A DNA stretch of 64,000 nucleotides from an uncultured cyanobacterium (GCA_963740315.1 CAVUDP010000001.1:192001-256000), one strand, 5' to 3'; positions 34,226 through 45,619 are shown, counted from the stretch's first letter. A program made the numbers and translations. The notes: generated from the sequence alone by a model not told the origin.

Positions 34226-36145
34226 ATGATAACAGCACCCTACGGTTCTTGGAAATCACCCATCACTACCGATTTAATTACCTCTTCAGCAATTGGACTC
34301 GGACAAATTGCAGTTGATGGCGATAATATCTACTGGAGCGAGTTACGAGCTTGGGATAAGGGACGTAGTGTTATTGTCCGACGCAACCCCGATGGCGAAA
34401 CCACTGTGACACCGGATGGTTTCAACGTGCGTAGTCGGGTTCACGAGTATGGTGGTGGTTCCTATTTTGTGGCTGATGGTACCGTCTATTTTTCTAACTT
34501 TATCGACCAACGTCTTTATCAGCAAAAACACGGCTCCGAACCGCAACCGATAACACCTGAATTATCGATGCGTTACGGTGATGGAATTGTTGACTCTCAG
34601 CGTCAGCGGATTATTTGCGTTTGTGAAGACCATACGCAACAAGGGAAAGAACCAACAAATCAAATTGTCGCAATTAATTTAACTGAAAACAAAAATCCTC
34701 AAGTGCTTGTATCTGGAAATGACTTTTATATTGCACCTCGTTTGAGTGAGGATGGTAAATATTTAGCCTGGTTAACTTGGAATCACCCGAATATGCCTTG
34801 GGATAGCGCTGAATTATGGGTTGGTACGGTTCAAGACGATGGCGCGATCGCCGATATGCAAAAAATCGCGGGTGGTGTGGATGAATCTGCGGGACAACCG
34901 GAATGGTCGAATGATGGAACTTTATATTTTATCTGGGAAAAAACTGGCTGGTGGAATTTATATTGTTGGCGGCAGGGGAAAGTAGAAAATTTGACTCCAA
35001 TGTCAGCAGAATTTGGCAAACCACAATGGGGTTTAGCTTCTTCCACATACGCAATTGAATCAACAAACCGCATTATTTGCAGCTATACCCAGAAAGGAAT
35101 TTGGTATTTAGCAAGCTTAAATGTAAATACGAAAAAACTCGATACTTTCGATTTACCCTATACGGAATTTAGCGGGATAAAAACAACACCGGGCAAGGTT
35201 TTATTTAACGGAAGTCAACCAACTCAAGCCAGCGAACTGGTTCAACTGGATTTAACAACCGGAAAAGTAGAAGTTTTGCAACGTTCTAGCAATATTGCCA
35301 TAGATGACGGCTATCTTTCTCAAGTACAACCGATAGAATTTCCTACCAGCAATGGGAAAACAGCCTACGGATTATTTTACCCACCGCAAAACAAAGATTT
35401 CACCGCACCGGAGAACGAAAAACCACCATTATTAGTTAAAAGTCATGGTGGCCCCACTGCGGCGACATCTTCAAGTTTGAGCTATCGGATTCAATATTGG
35501 ACGAGTCGCGGTATTGCCGTTTTAGACGTTAACTATGGCGGTAGTACGGGTTATGGAAGAGAATATCGTCAGCGTTTGGATGGAAACTGGGGAATTGTTG
35601 ACGTAGATGATTGCGCCAATGGTGCCAAATATCTGGTAGAACAAAACTTAGTAGATGGCGATCGCCTTGCAATTTCTGGTGGAAGTGCGGGAGGATATAC
35701 AACTTTATGCGCGTTGACTTTCCGCGATACTTTTAAAGCTGGTGCTAGTTATTATGGCGTAAGCGATTTAGAAGCTTTAGCCAGAGATACCCATAAATTT
35801 GAATCAAGATATTTAGATAGATTGGTGGGTGCTTATCCAGAAAAGAAGGAAATATACGTACAAAGATCCCCGATTAATTCTGCTGAGAATTTAACTTGCC
35901 CGGTAATTTTTCTACAAGGCTTGGAAGATAAAGTTGTGCCACCAAACCAAGCTGAAACCATGATTGATATTTTGCGAAACAAAGGATTACCCGTTGCTTA
36001 CGTTCCCTTTCCCGGAGAGCAACATGGTTTTCGCAATGCAGAGAATATTAAACGTGCTTTGGAAGCAGAATTATATTTTTATTCGCGGGTATTTGGATTT
36101 GAGGTTGTTGAAGAAATACAGACGGTGGAAATAGAAAATTTGTAG
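34226..36145 (+). CDS. S9 family peptidase (dipeptidyl aminopeptidase/acylaminoacyl peptidase)
   Basis: APYGSWKSP, HGGPT, GGSAGG nucleophile elbow, GLEDKVV, EQHGF. Confidence 0.9.
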   Translation: MITAPYGSWKSPITTDLITSSAIGLGQIAVDGDNIYWSELRAWDKGRSVIVRRNPDGETTVTPDGFNVRSRVHEYGGGSYFVADGTVYFSNFIDQRLYQQKHGSEPQPITPELSMRYGDGIVDSQRQRIICVCEDHTQQGKEPTNQIVAINLTENKNPQVLVSGNDFYIAPRLSEDGKYLAWLTWNHPNMPWDSAELWVGTVQDDGAIADMQKIAGGVDESAGQPEWSNDGTLYFIWEKTGWWNLYCWRQGKVENLTPMSAEFGKPQWGLASSTYAIESTNRIICSYTQKGIWYLASLNVNTKKLDTFDLPYTEFSGIKTTPGKVLFNGSQPTQASELVQLDLTTGKVEVLQRSSNIAIDDGYLSQVQPIEFPTSNGKTAYGLFYPPQNKDFTAPENEKPPLLVKSHGGPTAATSSSLSYRIQYWTSRGIAVLDVNYGGSTGYGREYRQRLDGNWGIVDVDDCANGAKYLVEQNLVDGDRLAISGGSAGGYTTLCALTFRDTFKAGASYYGVSDLEALARDTHKFESRYLDRLVGAYPEKKEIYVQRSPINSAENLTCPVIFLQGLEDKVVPPNQAETMIDILRNKGLPVAYVPFPGEQHGFRNAENIKRALEAELYFYSRVFGFEVVEEIQTVEIENL

Positions 36146-36148
36146 TTT

Positions 36149-36487
36149 GTTCGTAGTGAGCGCTGTCTTCGCTTCCGGCTAAGAAGTGCTAAAGCGCCTA
36201 CTACGAACCTAAGAATTATTCAAACCTCATCATGGCAACAGTTTTAATATCCGCTTCAATGGCTTGGGTAAACTTCAGCGCCTCTGATAAGAAGCGCTAA
36301 AGCGCCTACTACGAACCTAAGAATTATTCAAAACCGATCGTGGCAACAGTTTTAATATCGGCTTCAATGGCTTGGGTAAACTTCAGCGCCTCTGATAAGA
36401 AGCGCTGAAGCGCCTACTACGAACCTTATTCAAACCCCATCAGCTTCGCAACAGTTTTAATATCCGCTTCAATACCTTGGGTAAACT
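36149..36487. repeat. Tandem ~105-bp units made of a thrC 3'-end copy plus a REP-like palindrome
   Basis: Copies at 36216-36274 and 36324-36382 of native 36426-36487, separated by AGCGCTAAAGCGCCTACTACGAAC elements. Confidence 0.85.
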
Positions 36488-37520
36488 GACTTTTGTTATG
36501 TTTTATCGCTGTATCTGGATCTTTCAAACCATTCCCAGTTAATACGCAAACTACAGTGGCACCCGTGGGAACTCGATCTTTAACCTTCAATAAACCCGCC
36601 ACAGAAGCTGCACTAGCTGGTTCGCAAAAAACGCCTTCATCTCCAGCTAAAATTCGATAAGCTTCTAAAATCTCTTCATCGGTAACGGAATTAAATTCAC
36701 CTTGACTCGCCGCAGCAGCCGCTACTGCTTTATCCCAACTCGCAGGATTACCAATTCTAATCGCTGTAGCTAAGGTTTCAGGATTCTTTACCACTTCACC
36801 ATTTACCAACGGTGCGGCACCCGCAGCTTGAAAACCCATCATCTTGGGCAAATGTCCGCATTTACCATCTTGATGATATTGGCAAAAACCCATCCAGTAT
36901 GCGGTGATATTTCCGGCATTACCCACCGGGATACACAGCCAGTCTGGAGCATCACCCAAAATATCTACTACTTCAAAAGCTCCCGTTTTTTGTCCTTCCA
37001 AACGGTAAGGATTAACTGAATTAACCAAAGTTACCGGATATTCCTCGGCTATATCCCGGACAATTTCTAAAGCTTGGTCAAAATTTCCTTTAATTGCCAA
37101 CACTTCCGCACCATACACCAACGCCTGCGCCAATTTACCCAGCGCCACATAACCGTCAGGAATGATTACAAAAGGACGCATCCCTCCACGCCTAGCATAA
37201 GCCGCAGCAGCCGCCGAAGTATTACCAGTACTCGCGCAAATCACCGCCTTAGCTCCTGCTTCCTTGGCTTTGGAAACCGCCATTGTCATTCCCCTATCTT
37301 TGAAGCTACCAGTAGGGTTCAAACCGTCGTATTTCACAAAAACACGTACTTGCTTGCCGATTAGACGCGCGATCGATGGCACGGGAATTAAAGGAGTATT
37401 ACCTTCTAATAGCGTAACAACCGGCGTATTCTCGCTAACAGGCAGGTATTGGCGATACTGTTCAATTAATCCCTGCCAAGGTTGACGATGAGATTTTACA
37501 GCAGACAGGCTTAAGGTCAC
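36426..37520 (-). CDS. thrC: Threonine synthase
   Basis: PLP lysine motif [32 protein letters not shown]. Confidence 0.95.
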   Translation of the reverse strand: MTLSLSAVKSHRQPWQGLIEQYRQYLPVSENTPVVTLLEGNTPLIPVPSIARLIGKQVRVFVKYDGLNPTGSFKDRGMTMAVSKAKEAGAKAVICASTGNTSAAAAAYARRGGMRPFVIIPDGYVALGKLAQALVYGAEVLAIKGNFDQALEIVRDIAEEYPVTLVNSVNPYRLEGQKTGAFEVVDILGDAPDWLCIPVGNAGNITAYWMGFCQYHQDGKCGHLPKMMGFQAAGAAPLVNGEVVKNPETLATAIRIGNPASWDKAVAAAAASQGEFNSVTDEEILEAYRILAGDEGVFCEPASAASVAGLLKVKDRVPTGATVVCVLTGNGLKDPDTAIKHNKSQFTQGIEADIKTVAKLMGFE

Positions 37521-37939
37521 GGGATTTTATAGAGCTACTTGTTTTTTACTGCGATGTCGAATGACAGTTTATCCTTTTTACCGTATCGGTGGGAAGTATT
37601 ACGATAACTTTTGTCAAGAATTGGGCATTGGGCATTGGGATGAGGGGATGGGGGGACAAGGAGATGGGGAGAAAGAAAGCGGAGGGAGCGGAGGGAGCGG
37701 AGGGAGCGGAGGAAGAAAAATTATTAATTGCCTCCTCTGCTTCCCCTGCTCTCTTTTATGCCCCATGCCCCATGCCCCATGCCCAAATCCATTTTTCTTT
37801 CGGAACAAAATCTGAGTCTATATTGTCATTTCATAGATGTTGCATAGCAAATAAAATTAGTTATATTGCAGCAACTAATACCAGCTATACAAAGATTTAA
37901 TGATTCTTTAAATTACACTATTATAATATTTTTAATGGT

Positions 37940-38146
37940 GTGAGTAGAGTTTTGGACTTAATTAGTAGTATGTCTGTATCTAGTGTTTCAGAACGTAATT
38001 CCAACAATTCCAAGGCAAGCTTGACTAACACTTGCTATCAGGTCGATCAGCAAGCTAAGCTAATGAATTTGCAGTTGGAAGTCGATTTATTATTGCTACA
38101 GTTGCAAAAACTCAAGCAACAAAAAGACGGTTGTACTCACGAATAA
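37940..38146 (+). CDS. Small hypothetical protein
   Basis: YQVDQQAKLMNLQLEVDLLLLQLQKLK coiled coil, followed by hairpins. Confidence 0.5.
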   Translation: MSRVLDLISSMSVSSVSERNSNNSKASLTNTCYQVDQQAKLMNLQLEVDLLLLQLQKLKQQKDGCTHE

Positions 38147-38454
38147 TTGTGTTAAATTTATTGCCAATCGTGCTTGCTTATACTTATATCTAATTAAATC
38201 GATGGCAAGCACAGAAGCATTAAAACGCTGATTTTTTTCGATTAGCGTTCAACTATATATTTATGGCTATCTTTTATTGGTAGAGCGATTTTTAGCTTTG
38301 CTGATAGTTTGGCGATCGCGCTTAATATCAACCATTGCTATTGATTAATATTGCTTTATTTCAATTTAGCACTATTGGTCATAATTAGGTTACGCAGGCG
38401 TGATTTATTTTGCTTTTATGTTTGATTTATTTTTGGTTATTTACTTAATTGTTA

Positions 38455-38751
38455 TATAGCAATTTGGCGATTATAATATGCCTTCGGGCACGCAATACCT
38501 ACGGTACGCGGAGCTTGCCGCTAACGCTAGTAAACAAAACTTAGTTTCTTCGGGTTCACCACTGTAAGGTGGACTTAATAAATAACCCTCATTACTGCTT
38601 TGATCCCCCCTTCCCCCCAAGAATACGGGGGGTTAAAGTCCCCCAATTTAACGGGGGATTTAGGGGGATCTCGGAAGTATAAAAGGTCTTATTTGAGGCT
38701 TTCCCGCGCATCCTCTAAGAGTTTTCTTATATTTAGCTTCGGATTGCTATA
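38455..38751. mobile_element. Degenerate nested MITE-like element
   Basis: TATAGCAAT ... ATTGCTATA termini enclose a CCCCC/GGGGG palindromic repeat (38603-38670) and small hairpins. Confidence 0.5.
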
Positions 38752-38784
38752 GAAATAATTGGTTTCACAAATTCAAGATTTTAT

Positions 38785-38892
38785 CTTTCAATCCCGTTGC
38801 CGGGATTCATTTCGTTTCAAGTTGCAAACGATTTAGTGGTGAGAAAACGGGGGAGGTTTCAATCCTGTTGCCGGGATTCATTTCGTTTAAAG
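38785..38892 (-). CRISPR. CRISPR mini-array: two 37-bp repeats and one 34-bp spacer
   Basis: CTTTCAATCCCGTTGCCGGGATTCATTTCGTTTCAAG (38785-38821) and GTTTCAATCCTGTTGCCGGGATTCATTTCGTTTAAAG (38856-38892). On the minus strand they end ATTGAAAG/ATTGAAAC and contain an ATCCCG/CGGGAT hairpin. Confidence 0.75.
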
Positions 38893-38955
38893 AAAAAATC
38901 TACGTTATTTGGCAAAAAGAAGACTCAGTAAGTTCCCAATTCCTAATTCCCTTTC

Positions 38956-40461
38956 TTAAATTTGCGTTAAAAGCTTTTGAATATAAGTTCGTGAAGTTTG
39001 GGAAATATTAGATTGTGTTTCGAGCCAAGAATAAGCTTGGTTTGTACCTTTTTGGGATGCAATCATTAAAGCTTTCCACGCTTGTACTTCTGCACGATTG
39101 GAATTTACTTCTAATGCTGCATCAATACGACTTTCTAATCTTCCGGTATCGGCTTTAAGTAAGTTTACGATCTCTGCGGGATTTTGCGGCGATGCTTCAA
39201 AGACTTTTAAGGCTTCTCCCCATCTGCCATCAATTAAGTCAGCTAAAACTTCTTGGGAAGGACTTGCCCAGCTTGTATCGGCTAATTTTTTGGTAAGTTG
39301 AGAATGCAGCCGAATTAAATCGATTTGTGCTTGCGCTTCTGACGATACTTTTCCTTTTTGCTTCTTGATAAATTGCAACCATTTATAAGCTGGTGTCCAC
39401 AGTCCATTTTGGGCAATTAATAGGGCATCTTTGTAAGCGGAATCTTTCAATGCTGGTGGTTTGAGGGTGATTTGAGATAATTTAACTGGGTTGACGACAA
39501 ATTCACCTGGTTTGATTTGGTAAACTCGCAGACTTGGTTCTAAACCAACTGTTTGACTCACTACTAATTCTTTTTCACCGTCACCTGTTACCTGTTCCCA
39601 TTCAGGTAAATCTCCGGTGGGGCTTGTCCAAGATATCATTGTTTGTAGTTTACGGCGTTCGGGATTGTAGTGAAGAATATAGCCGTAAGCAGTCTGGTTT
39701 GAACCTGAAGAACGGTTGCCGCGTAGATAATACCAGATTCCCGGCTTGGGCGCATCTGAATCAAAACGTCCAATTTCACTTATGGGTAGAGGAATGTTTG
39801 AACCGGCGTTTTCTTCTGCATTGGCATCTACTAAGGGAGCGATGACTTCAAATTCTTCTGGTCCGGTAACGGGAAATTCAGTAGTTAGATGATAATACTT
39901 TTTTGTCGGCGATTGCCATTCTAAATCTGTTGCTAGATGATAAGTCCTAAGTTCAACTATGTATTTACAATCAGAATCACAGTTGTTGCGCGATCGAAAT
40001 ACGGGTAATAAAAAAGATTCATTCGTATCGCCTTCTAAAGCAGTAATTTCTCCACTTATACGATTTTGTTGTTCGATTTCGGTTTGAATTTGTTGTAGAG
40101 TATACGGGCGTTCTTTACTAGAAGCAATTTTCGCCCATTTTGGTAAAAAAGGATTTAACCAATTAACCTGTTGCGGATTGACTATAAATAAAATACTAAT
40201 CCAGCTAAGCGCTACAACTAAACCCCCACTTCCCAACAATATTGCCGTAGCTAACATTGATGCCGCTAAACTTTTTCGCTTTTTAACTTTCTGAGTTTGA
40301 CTGGAATAGGAACGAATTCCCGCTTCAGCAGGTTTGGTTTTAAGGTTTTGTTTAGACTTTTTTATCCTTTTACGAAGTTTGCGAACCTTAGTATTAGGCT
40401 GCGCTTGATTTTTTTTATCCGGTTTTGATGAAGGCGAGGTATTTGCCATACTAATCGTCAC
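38956..40461 (-). CDS. Conserved cyanobacterial membrane-anchored hypothetical protein
   Basis: 501 aa, basic N-terminus, one TM, helical C-terminus. Confidence 0.7.
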   Translation of the reverse strand: MTISMANTSPSSKPDKKNQAQPNTKVRKLRKRIKKSKQNLKTKPAEAGIRSYSSQTQKVKKRKSLAASMLATAILLGSGGLVVALSWISILFIVNPQQVNWLNPFLPKWAKIASSKERPYTLQQIQTEIEQQNRISGEITALEGDTNESFLLPVFRSRNNCDSDCKYIVELRTYHLATDLEWQSPTKKYYHLTTEFPVTGPEEFEVIAPLVDANAEENAGSNIPLPISEIGRFDSDAPKPGIWYYLRGNRSSGSNQTAYGYILHYNPERRKLQTMISWTSPTGDLPEWEQVTGDGEKELVVSQTVGLEPSLRVYQIKPGEFVVNPVKLSQITLKPPALKDSAYKDALLIAQNGLWTPAYKWLQFIKKQKGKVSSEAQAQIDLIRLHSQLTKKLADTSWASPSQEVLADLIDGRWGEALKVFEASPQNPAEIVNLLKADTGRLESRIDAALEVNSNRAEVQAWKALMIASQKGTNQAYSWLETQSNISQTSRTYIQKLLTQI

Positions 40462-40822
40462 TCAATTTTGGATTTTGGATTTCGGATTTTGGATTAACTC
40501 CGTAGCTTCTGTTCGACGAAACTATCTTCATTCCAAAATCTAAAATTGCTCGGTTAATAAATTAGATGTTTATTTTTTCTAATACGGTACGGCGAAAATA
40601 CAGTTGACAATCAAAATTTATTCAAAGCCTTTAAAGTAACTTTGTTAATTTTTGATTTTGAATTCCCCGTAACAGTACTAGCTTTTTCCTTTATACTCGC
40701 GCTTCAGAAATATTGCCTAAAAATCATTAATTCGACTTTTCTCTAAGTTAGGTGTAATCACTCATGCCATTTACACAAATTATTGAATACGCTCAACCGT
40801 TGTATATAATCAACAGTGTAAA

Positions 40823-42523
40823 TTGAAAACAAGTAAAATTTCCCTAATTATCTGTTTTTTAGCTGCGGGAATTACCGAATTTCCAGATAAAGCAATGTCT
40901 AAAGAACGGGCTTCTTTCGATTTTGTTATCCCTACTGAAGGGGCAGTAGAAACAAAATTCAATATCAAAAATACAGAAAAGTTTAAGATTTCTCAAACCT
41001 CATGGGATAAAAATCCGATGGGACAAGTTAATTCGGTTTCTCAATTTAGTGATGTACAGCCAACAGATTGGGCGTTTCAAGCTTTGCAATCCTTGGTGGA
41101 GCGTTATGGATGTATTGCGGGTTATCCTAACGGAACTTATCGAGGAAATCGGGCTTTAACTCGTTATGAATTTGCAGCGGGTTTAAATGCTTGTTTAGAA
41201 AGAGTAAATGAATTGATTGCGACAGCAGCCAATGATATAACTTCTCGTGAAGATTTAGCAACTTTACAAAAATTACAGCAAGAATTTGGTGCGGAATTAG
41301 CGACATTGAGGGGACGAGTTGATGCATTAGAATCTCGCGCTGCCGATATCGAAGCTAAACAGTTTTCGCCAACAACCAAACTTAGCGGAATTGCAATTGT
41401 TGGTGTTCAAGCCAGAGGTGAAAATCGCGCCGATACTTTTCCTAGAGATGGTGTCAGGGATACTGAGGACACGGGTACTAACGTTAACGTGATGAACTTT
41501 AATCAGCTGTATTTAACCAGCCAGTTCAATCCGCGTAGTTTCTTAGTAACTGGACTTTTAGCTGGTAACGGCTCCCAACAATCTCCGTTAAATAATAACC
41601 TCATACTTGGTTACGAATTTAATTCTGGCAACGACTTTACTTTAAGCGACTTGCATTATCACCAACTTCTGACTAAAAACCTAGCGATGATGGTGGGAAC
41701 CAAAGGTGTGGATATGGTGCGATCGTTCCGAGGTCCTAACCGTGCCGAAGATGCTGCCAACGGACCTTTATCATTCTTTGCACAACGAAACCCAATTCTA
41801 AATTTGGATTTTGAAAATGGTGGTATTGCTTTTGATTGGCAATTCGCCAAAAGCGCCAGCTTGCAAGCAATTTATAGCGCTAGGGATATAGCAAATCCGG
41901 GTAAACGCGCAGGCTTATTTGATGGAAATACAACGGCTGCCGCACAATTATCACTGACACCTGCGAAGACGTTAGATGTCGGTTTATATTACGTTAATAA
42001 TTATTCGCCGTCGGGTTTGTTATTCAGTTTTGCTGGCGATAGTTGTTTAACTGCTGTGAATTGCTTCGGGGGACCTGCAAGACCTTTACAAACAAATGCC
42101 TTTGGGGCTACCGTCAATTGGGATGTTTTGCGAGGAGTTACATTAGGCGGTTGGGCTGGTTATACCAATTCTCGTATACCCGGAGAATCGGGAGATGTAG
42201 AAATGACAAACTACATGGTTTATCTCAATTTCCCCGACTTATTTGGTAAGGGTAATTTAGGTGGAGTTTATGTCGGACAGCCACCAAAAATTGTTAGTAG
42301 TAACTTACCTGTAGGAAATAACGTACCCGATCTTTTAGATGGTGGCAATGGAAGCGAGGGCGGACAACCGGGAACTACTACTCATATCGAAGCATTTTAT
42401 CGTTGGCGATTAAACGATAATATGAGTTTGACTCCAGGCGTTATTCATATTATCGAACCCGGTCATACACCAGATAGCGACTCAGTTACTATTGGTATTT
42501 TACGAACTAGTTTTACATTTTAA
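40823..42523 (+). CDS. Cyanobacterial porin (SLH plus OprB-type, iron-uptake porin family)
   Basis: SVSQFSDVQPTDWAFQALQSLVERYGC, TRYEFAAGLNACL, terminal LRTSFTF. Confidence 0.92.
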   Translation: MKTSKISLIICFLAAGITEFPDKAMSKERASFDFVIPTEGAVETKFNIKNTEKFKISQTSWDKNPMGQVNSVSQFSDVQPTDWAFQALQSLVERYGCIAGYPNGTYRGNRALTRYEFAAGLNACLERVNELIATAANDITSREDLATLQKLQQEFGAELATLRGRVDALESRAADIEAKQFSPTTKLSGIAIVGVQARGENRADTFPRDGVRDTEDTGTNVNVMNFNQLYLTSQFNPRSFLVTGLLAGNGSQQSPLNNNLILGYEFNSGNDFTLSDLHYHQLLTKNLAMMVGTKGVDMVRSFRGPNRAEDAANGPLSFFAQRNPILNLDFENGGIAFDWQFAKSASLQAIYSARDIANPGKRAGLFDGNTTAAAQLSLTPAKTLDVGLYYVNNYSPSGLLFSFAGDSCLTAVNCFGGPARPLQTNAFGATVNWDVLRGVTLGGWAGYTNSRIPGESGDVEMTNYMVYLNFPDLFGKGNLGGVYVGQPPKIVSSNLPVGNNVPDLLDGGNGSEGGQPGTTTHIEAFYRWRLNDNMSLTPGVIHIIEPGHTPDSDSVTIGILRTSFTF

Positions 42524-43117
42524 TAGTTGGGGATTGGGCATTGGGGATTGGGCATTGGGGATTGGGCATTGGATTATAAATTAGTGTTTCCTATTAATAA
42601 AAAGTTAGTTATTCAGGTTATCTTCACATTTTCTAATTAGCAATTATTTGAATTTTCTTTTATTTAAACAAGTATTCATCTTAATATTTTGCTGTTTAAA
42701 AGATAATTAACCCATGCTCGATGCCCCATCCCCAATGCCCCATTTATTATAAAAAATTCATATAGTTAAATATAAAATAGTGAAATATGCTTGGTATTTA
42801 CGATCTCGCCACAATTGGATAAATACCGTTTTTCCGTATTTTCTCTCTTGAAAGGATAATCGATTTAGTATTACATTTTGGATAGTTGCGCTGAATGCAT
42901 ATCTGACAAAAAATTAGGATTTTTCAGAGTATATCTATTTTGCATAACAGCGTAATGAATCTTTTTTTAATAAACATTCTTGTCTTGTATCTAGTTGCTT
43001 TATCAAAATATAGTATTTAGTTAGATATCTTATTCGACTAATCCTTTATTTTGAACGCAACGACGATATTAAAAGTAAGAGTTTTCAATCGCATTTTAGA
43101 AGCAATTAGGAATTAAA

Positions 43118-43414
43118 ATGTCTCAAAATACTTCTTGTCTGCTTGCGTTAGCTTTAGCAGTTAGTTCTGCTTTGGTTGCAATTCCATCTCAAGCGCAAAC
43201 AGCAACAGAAACAAACAAGGATAAAATAGTATCCTTTCAATCATCTGTAAGCAACGATCTAAGATCGAATTTAAAAAATTCTCGCAGTGTAAATCAAAAT
43301 AAGGCTATTAATATTTCTCAGTCACAACCCTCGTCTACAACTGCTAATACTCAGAACACTGAACGGGTAAGGATTCCATTATATAGTCGAATTGGGTTCG
43401 GATTGAAGCAGTAA
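43118..43414 (+). CDS. Small secreted hypothetical protein
   Basis: Signal peptide LLALALAVSSALVAIPSQA. Confidence 0.6.
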   Translation: MSQNTSCLLALALAVSSALVAIPSQAQTATETNKDKIVSFQSSVSNDLRSNLKNSRSVNQNKAINISQSQPSSTTANTQNTERVRIPLYSRIGFGLKQ

Positions 43415-43685
43415 TTATGCATAGTTAAGAATAAACCAATCTAATGTAGAGGCTTTGCGATCGCAAAGTATGTACATATGTATATAGTCATAAATATTAC
43501 CCTGTACTGCCTCAGTAATAATTTTCTTAACAATTTTTTGATTTTTTCCTGTCCATCCGGAATATAAGCAAAAATTTTTATAAAAAGAAAAATTCATATT
43601 CCTTTTACGGAACTTATTGGGAATTTTACTGTCAGGGTAATTACTTAGAATATAATTTTCTTAGTTAATTACACATTTTTATCAA

Positions 43686-44429
43686 ATGCTAGTATTTATA
43701 ATCGCTTTAAAAAGTCCGAAAGTATCAAGTTCATGGGAAGTAGTATCTCAACTATTTGAACGCACTATTAAATCTATTTGCAATCAAACATCCCAAGATT
43801 TTGAAATAGTAGTTGTATGTCATGAAAAACCTCAAATAGAATTTCATAATCCTAAAATTCACTATATTGAAGTTGATTTACCAATTCCCGGAAAAGATAG
43901 TGTAAGTAGAGAAGCAGATAAAGCAAATAAATTATTAACAGGTTTAGCCTATGCAGGAAAGTTTAATCCATCACACGCAATGATAGTGGATGCTGATGAT
44001 TGTGTGAGTAAGCATATTGCAAAATATGTTAACCAAAATCCTCATAGTCAAGGCTGGTTTATAAAAAAAGGATATGTATATTCACCAGGAAATAAGTTTA
44101 TTTACTTACGTAATAAAGCATTTAGTAGTTTATGTGGTTCTGGAATAATTATTAAATACGGTTTACACGATCAACTCTTTAAAAATGAGTATTACGATCA
44201 TAAAATTACCCGTCTTAAAAATAATATTAATTTAGAACCTTTACCCTTCGCTGGTGCAGTATATATTATCCAAAATGGAGAAAATATATATCTAACCCAC
44301 TCTCGTCATTCTGAGTCACGGGCACAACTAAAAAAGAAAGGGTATATTCATTACCTTCGAGATTTATTACAATATAGATTTTTAAATAAAAGAAATCTTG
44401 CAGATTTTTGTTTGGCTGATAGTAACTAA
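43686..44429 (+). CDS. GT-A fold glycosyltransferase (family 2-like)
   Basis: SICNQTSQDFEIVVVC; DxD motif VDADD. Confidence 0.8.
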   Translation: MLVFIIALKSPKVSSSWEVVSQLFERTIKSICNQTSQDFEIVVVCHEKPQIEFHNPKIHYIEVDLPIPGKDSVSREADKANKLLTGLAYAGKFNPSHAMIVDADDCVSKHIAKYVNQNPHSQGWFIKKGYVYSPGNKFIYLRNKAFSSLCGSGIIIKYGLHDQLFKNEYYDHKITRLKNNINLEPLPFAGAVYIIQNGENIYLTHSRHSESRAQLKKKGYIHYLRDLLQYRFLNKRNLADFCLADSN

Positions 44430-44440
44430 TAAATTTTTTT

Positions 44441-44587
44441 AAGAGGTTGCTTGAAAAGTGGTTAGCTGTGGTTTTAGGCACTTATCAATCCCCCCTAACC
44501 CCCCTTACAAAGGGGGGAATCGGAATCAAAGTCCCCCTTTTTTAAGGGGGATTTAGGGGGATCTTAAAGTTTGTGGTTTTATTTATC
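44441..44587. mobile_element. MITE-like element with internal CCCCC/GGGGG hairpins
   Basis: Degenerate TIRs TAAGAGGTTGCTTGAAAAGTG and CACTTGGAAAACATTCTCTA around the 44488-44563 palindromes. Confidence 0.55.
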
Positions 44588-44635
44588 ACTTGGAAAACAT
44601 TCTCTAAGATAGCCACTGCATAATTTTTGATAAAA

Positions 44636-45619
44636 TTAAGTTGATTTGATTGTAGAATAATTAGTTTTATTGCTAAATTTTCGTAAGTATTTTATTTTAA
44701 TTGACTTAGCTAATATCCTGGGTATGGTATAAACTTGCCAAATACAAAGATTCCATAGATATCCATATTGTGGATAACATTTTAATAATAATATTTCTGC
44801 CAACAAATAGATGCGAGTTTCTTTCAAAGCGCTATCTCGCATAATAAATCTAATTTGCTCCTGTTTGGGCATAGCATGACCAATTATTGCGTCTTTTTGA
44901 TAAAATTTAGCTTGGATAAATAGTCCTAATAATCTATCTAAACTCCATGCAGGCAACCAAGTCAAAGCTCCTTTAATTTTCATTGCTGCGGATATTTCAG
45001 ATAAAGCAGATTTGACCAATTTTGTTTGCCAAACTCGGTTATTGAAGTTTTCAAAATGAATTCCATTTTGATCGGTTCTCTGCTTCCAAGGAAAAATTAT
45101 ATGACGAATGTCTAAGGGTTTATCTAAAGGTGCAATAGGAACTTCTAACAAACCTTGAAAATTACCATTTTGATAAGGGAAGGGATTTTCGGTAGTTTTT
45201 TTACAAATTTCTAATTGTTCAATATTAGTCAGCGATTGCCATTCTTTTTTGATATTTTCTTCGTCAGTATCATCGACTTTAGCAATGTTTAATCTTAGTA
45301 CCCAACTATCGGCAAATTTGGTAAAATATTGGGCGACTAAATCTGCTATATCATGATGTAAATAGTCATCATCATCTAAAGCCATTACATATTCGCTATC
45401 TGCGTTAATCAACCCGGTGAATCTTTGCGTTACTTCACCTTTAAAAGGGCTAATTAAGTTTTTAATCCTAACGTCATCGATATCTCTTACTGTGCCATTT
45501 GGGGGATAAACTAAAATAAATTGGACGTTACCTTTGATTTTTAATAACTCTTCCAACCAACGATCGCCAAAATTGCCTCTGGTTGCGGTAACTATAGTTA
45601 AAATAGGTTGATTATTCAT
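44636..45619 (-). CDS. Glycosyltransferase family 2-like
   Basis: ILTIVTAT; YVMALDDDDYL. Confidence 0.75.
   Translation of the reverse strand: MNNQPILTIVTATRGNFGDRWLEELLKIKGNVQFILVYPPNGTVRDIDDVRIKNLISPFKGEVTQRFTGLINADSEYVMALDDDDYLHHDIADLVAQYFTKFADSWVLRLNIAKVDDTDEENIKKEWQSLTNIEQLEICKKTTENPFPYQNGNFQGLLEVPIAPLDKPLDIRHIIFPWKQRTDQNGIHFENFNNRVWQTKLVKSALSEISAAMKIKGALTWLPAWSLDRLLGLFIQAKFYQKDAIIGHAMPKQEQIRFIMRDSALKETRIYLLAEILLLKCYPQYGYLWNLCIWQVYTIPRILAKSIKIKYLRKFSNKTNYSTIKST

Noticed and set aside
37561..37900. Overlapping ORFs with GGSGGS / AEGAEG / CPMPHA repeats
   Set aside because: Products of STRR and 9-mer tandem repeats in an intergenic region.
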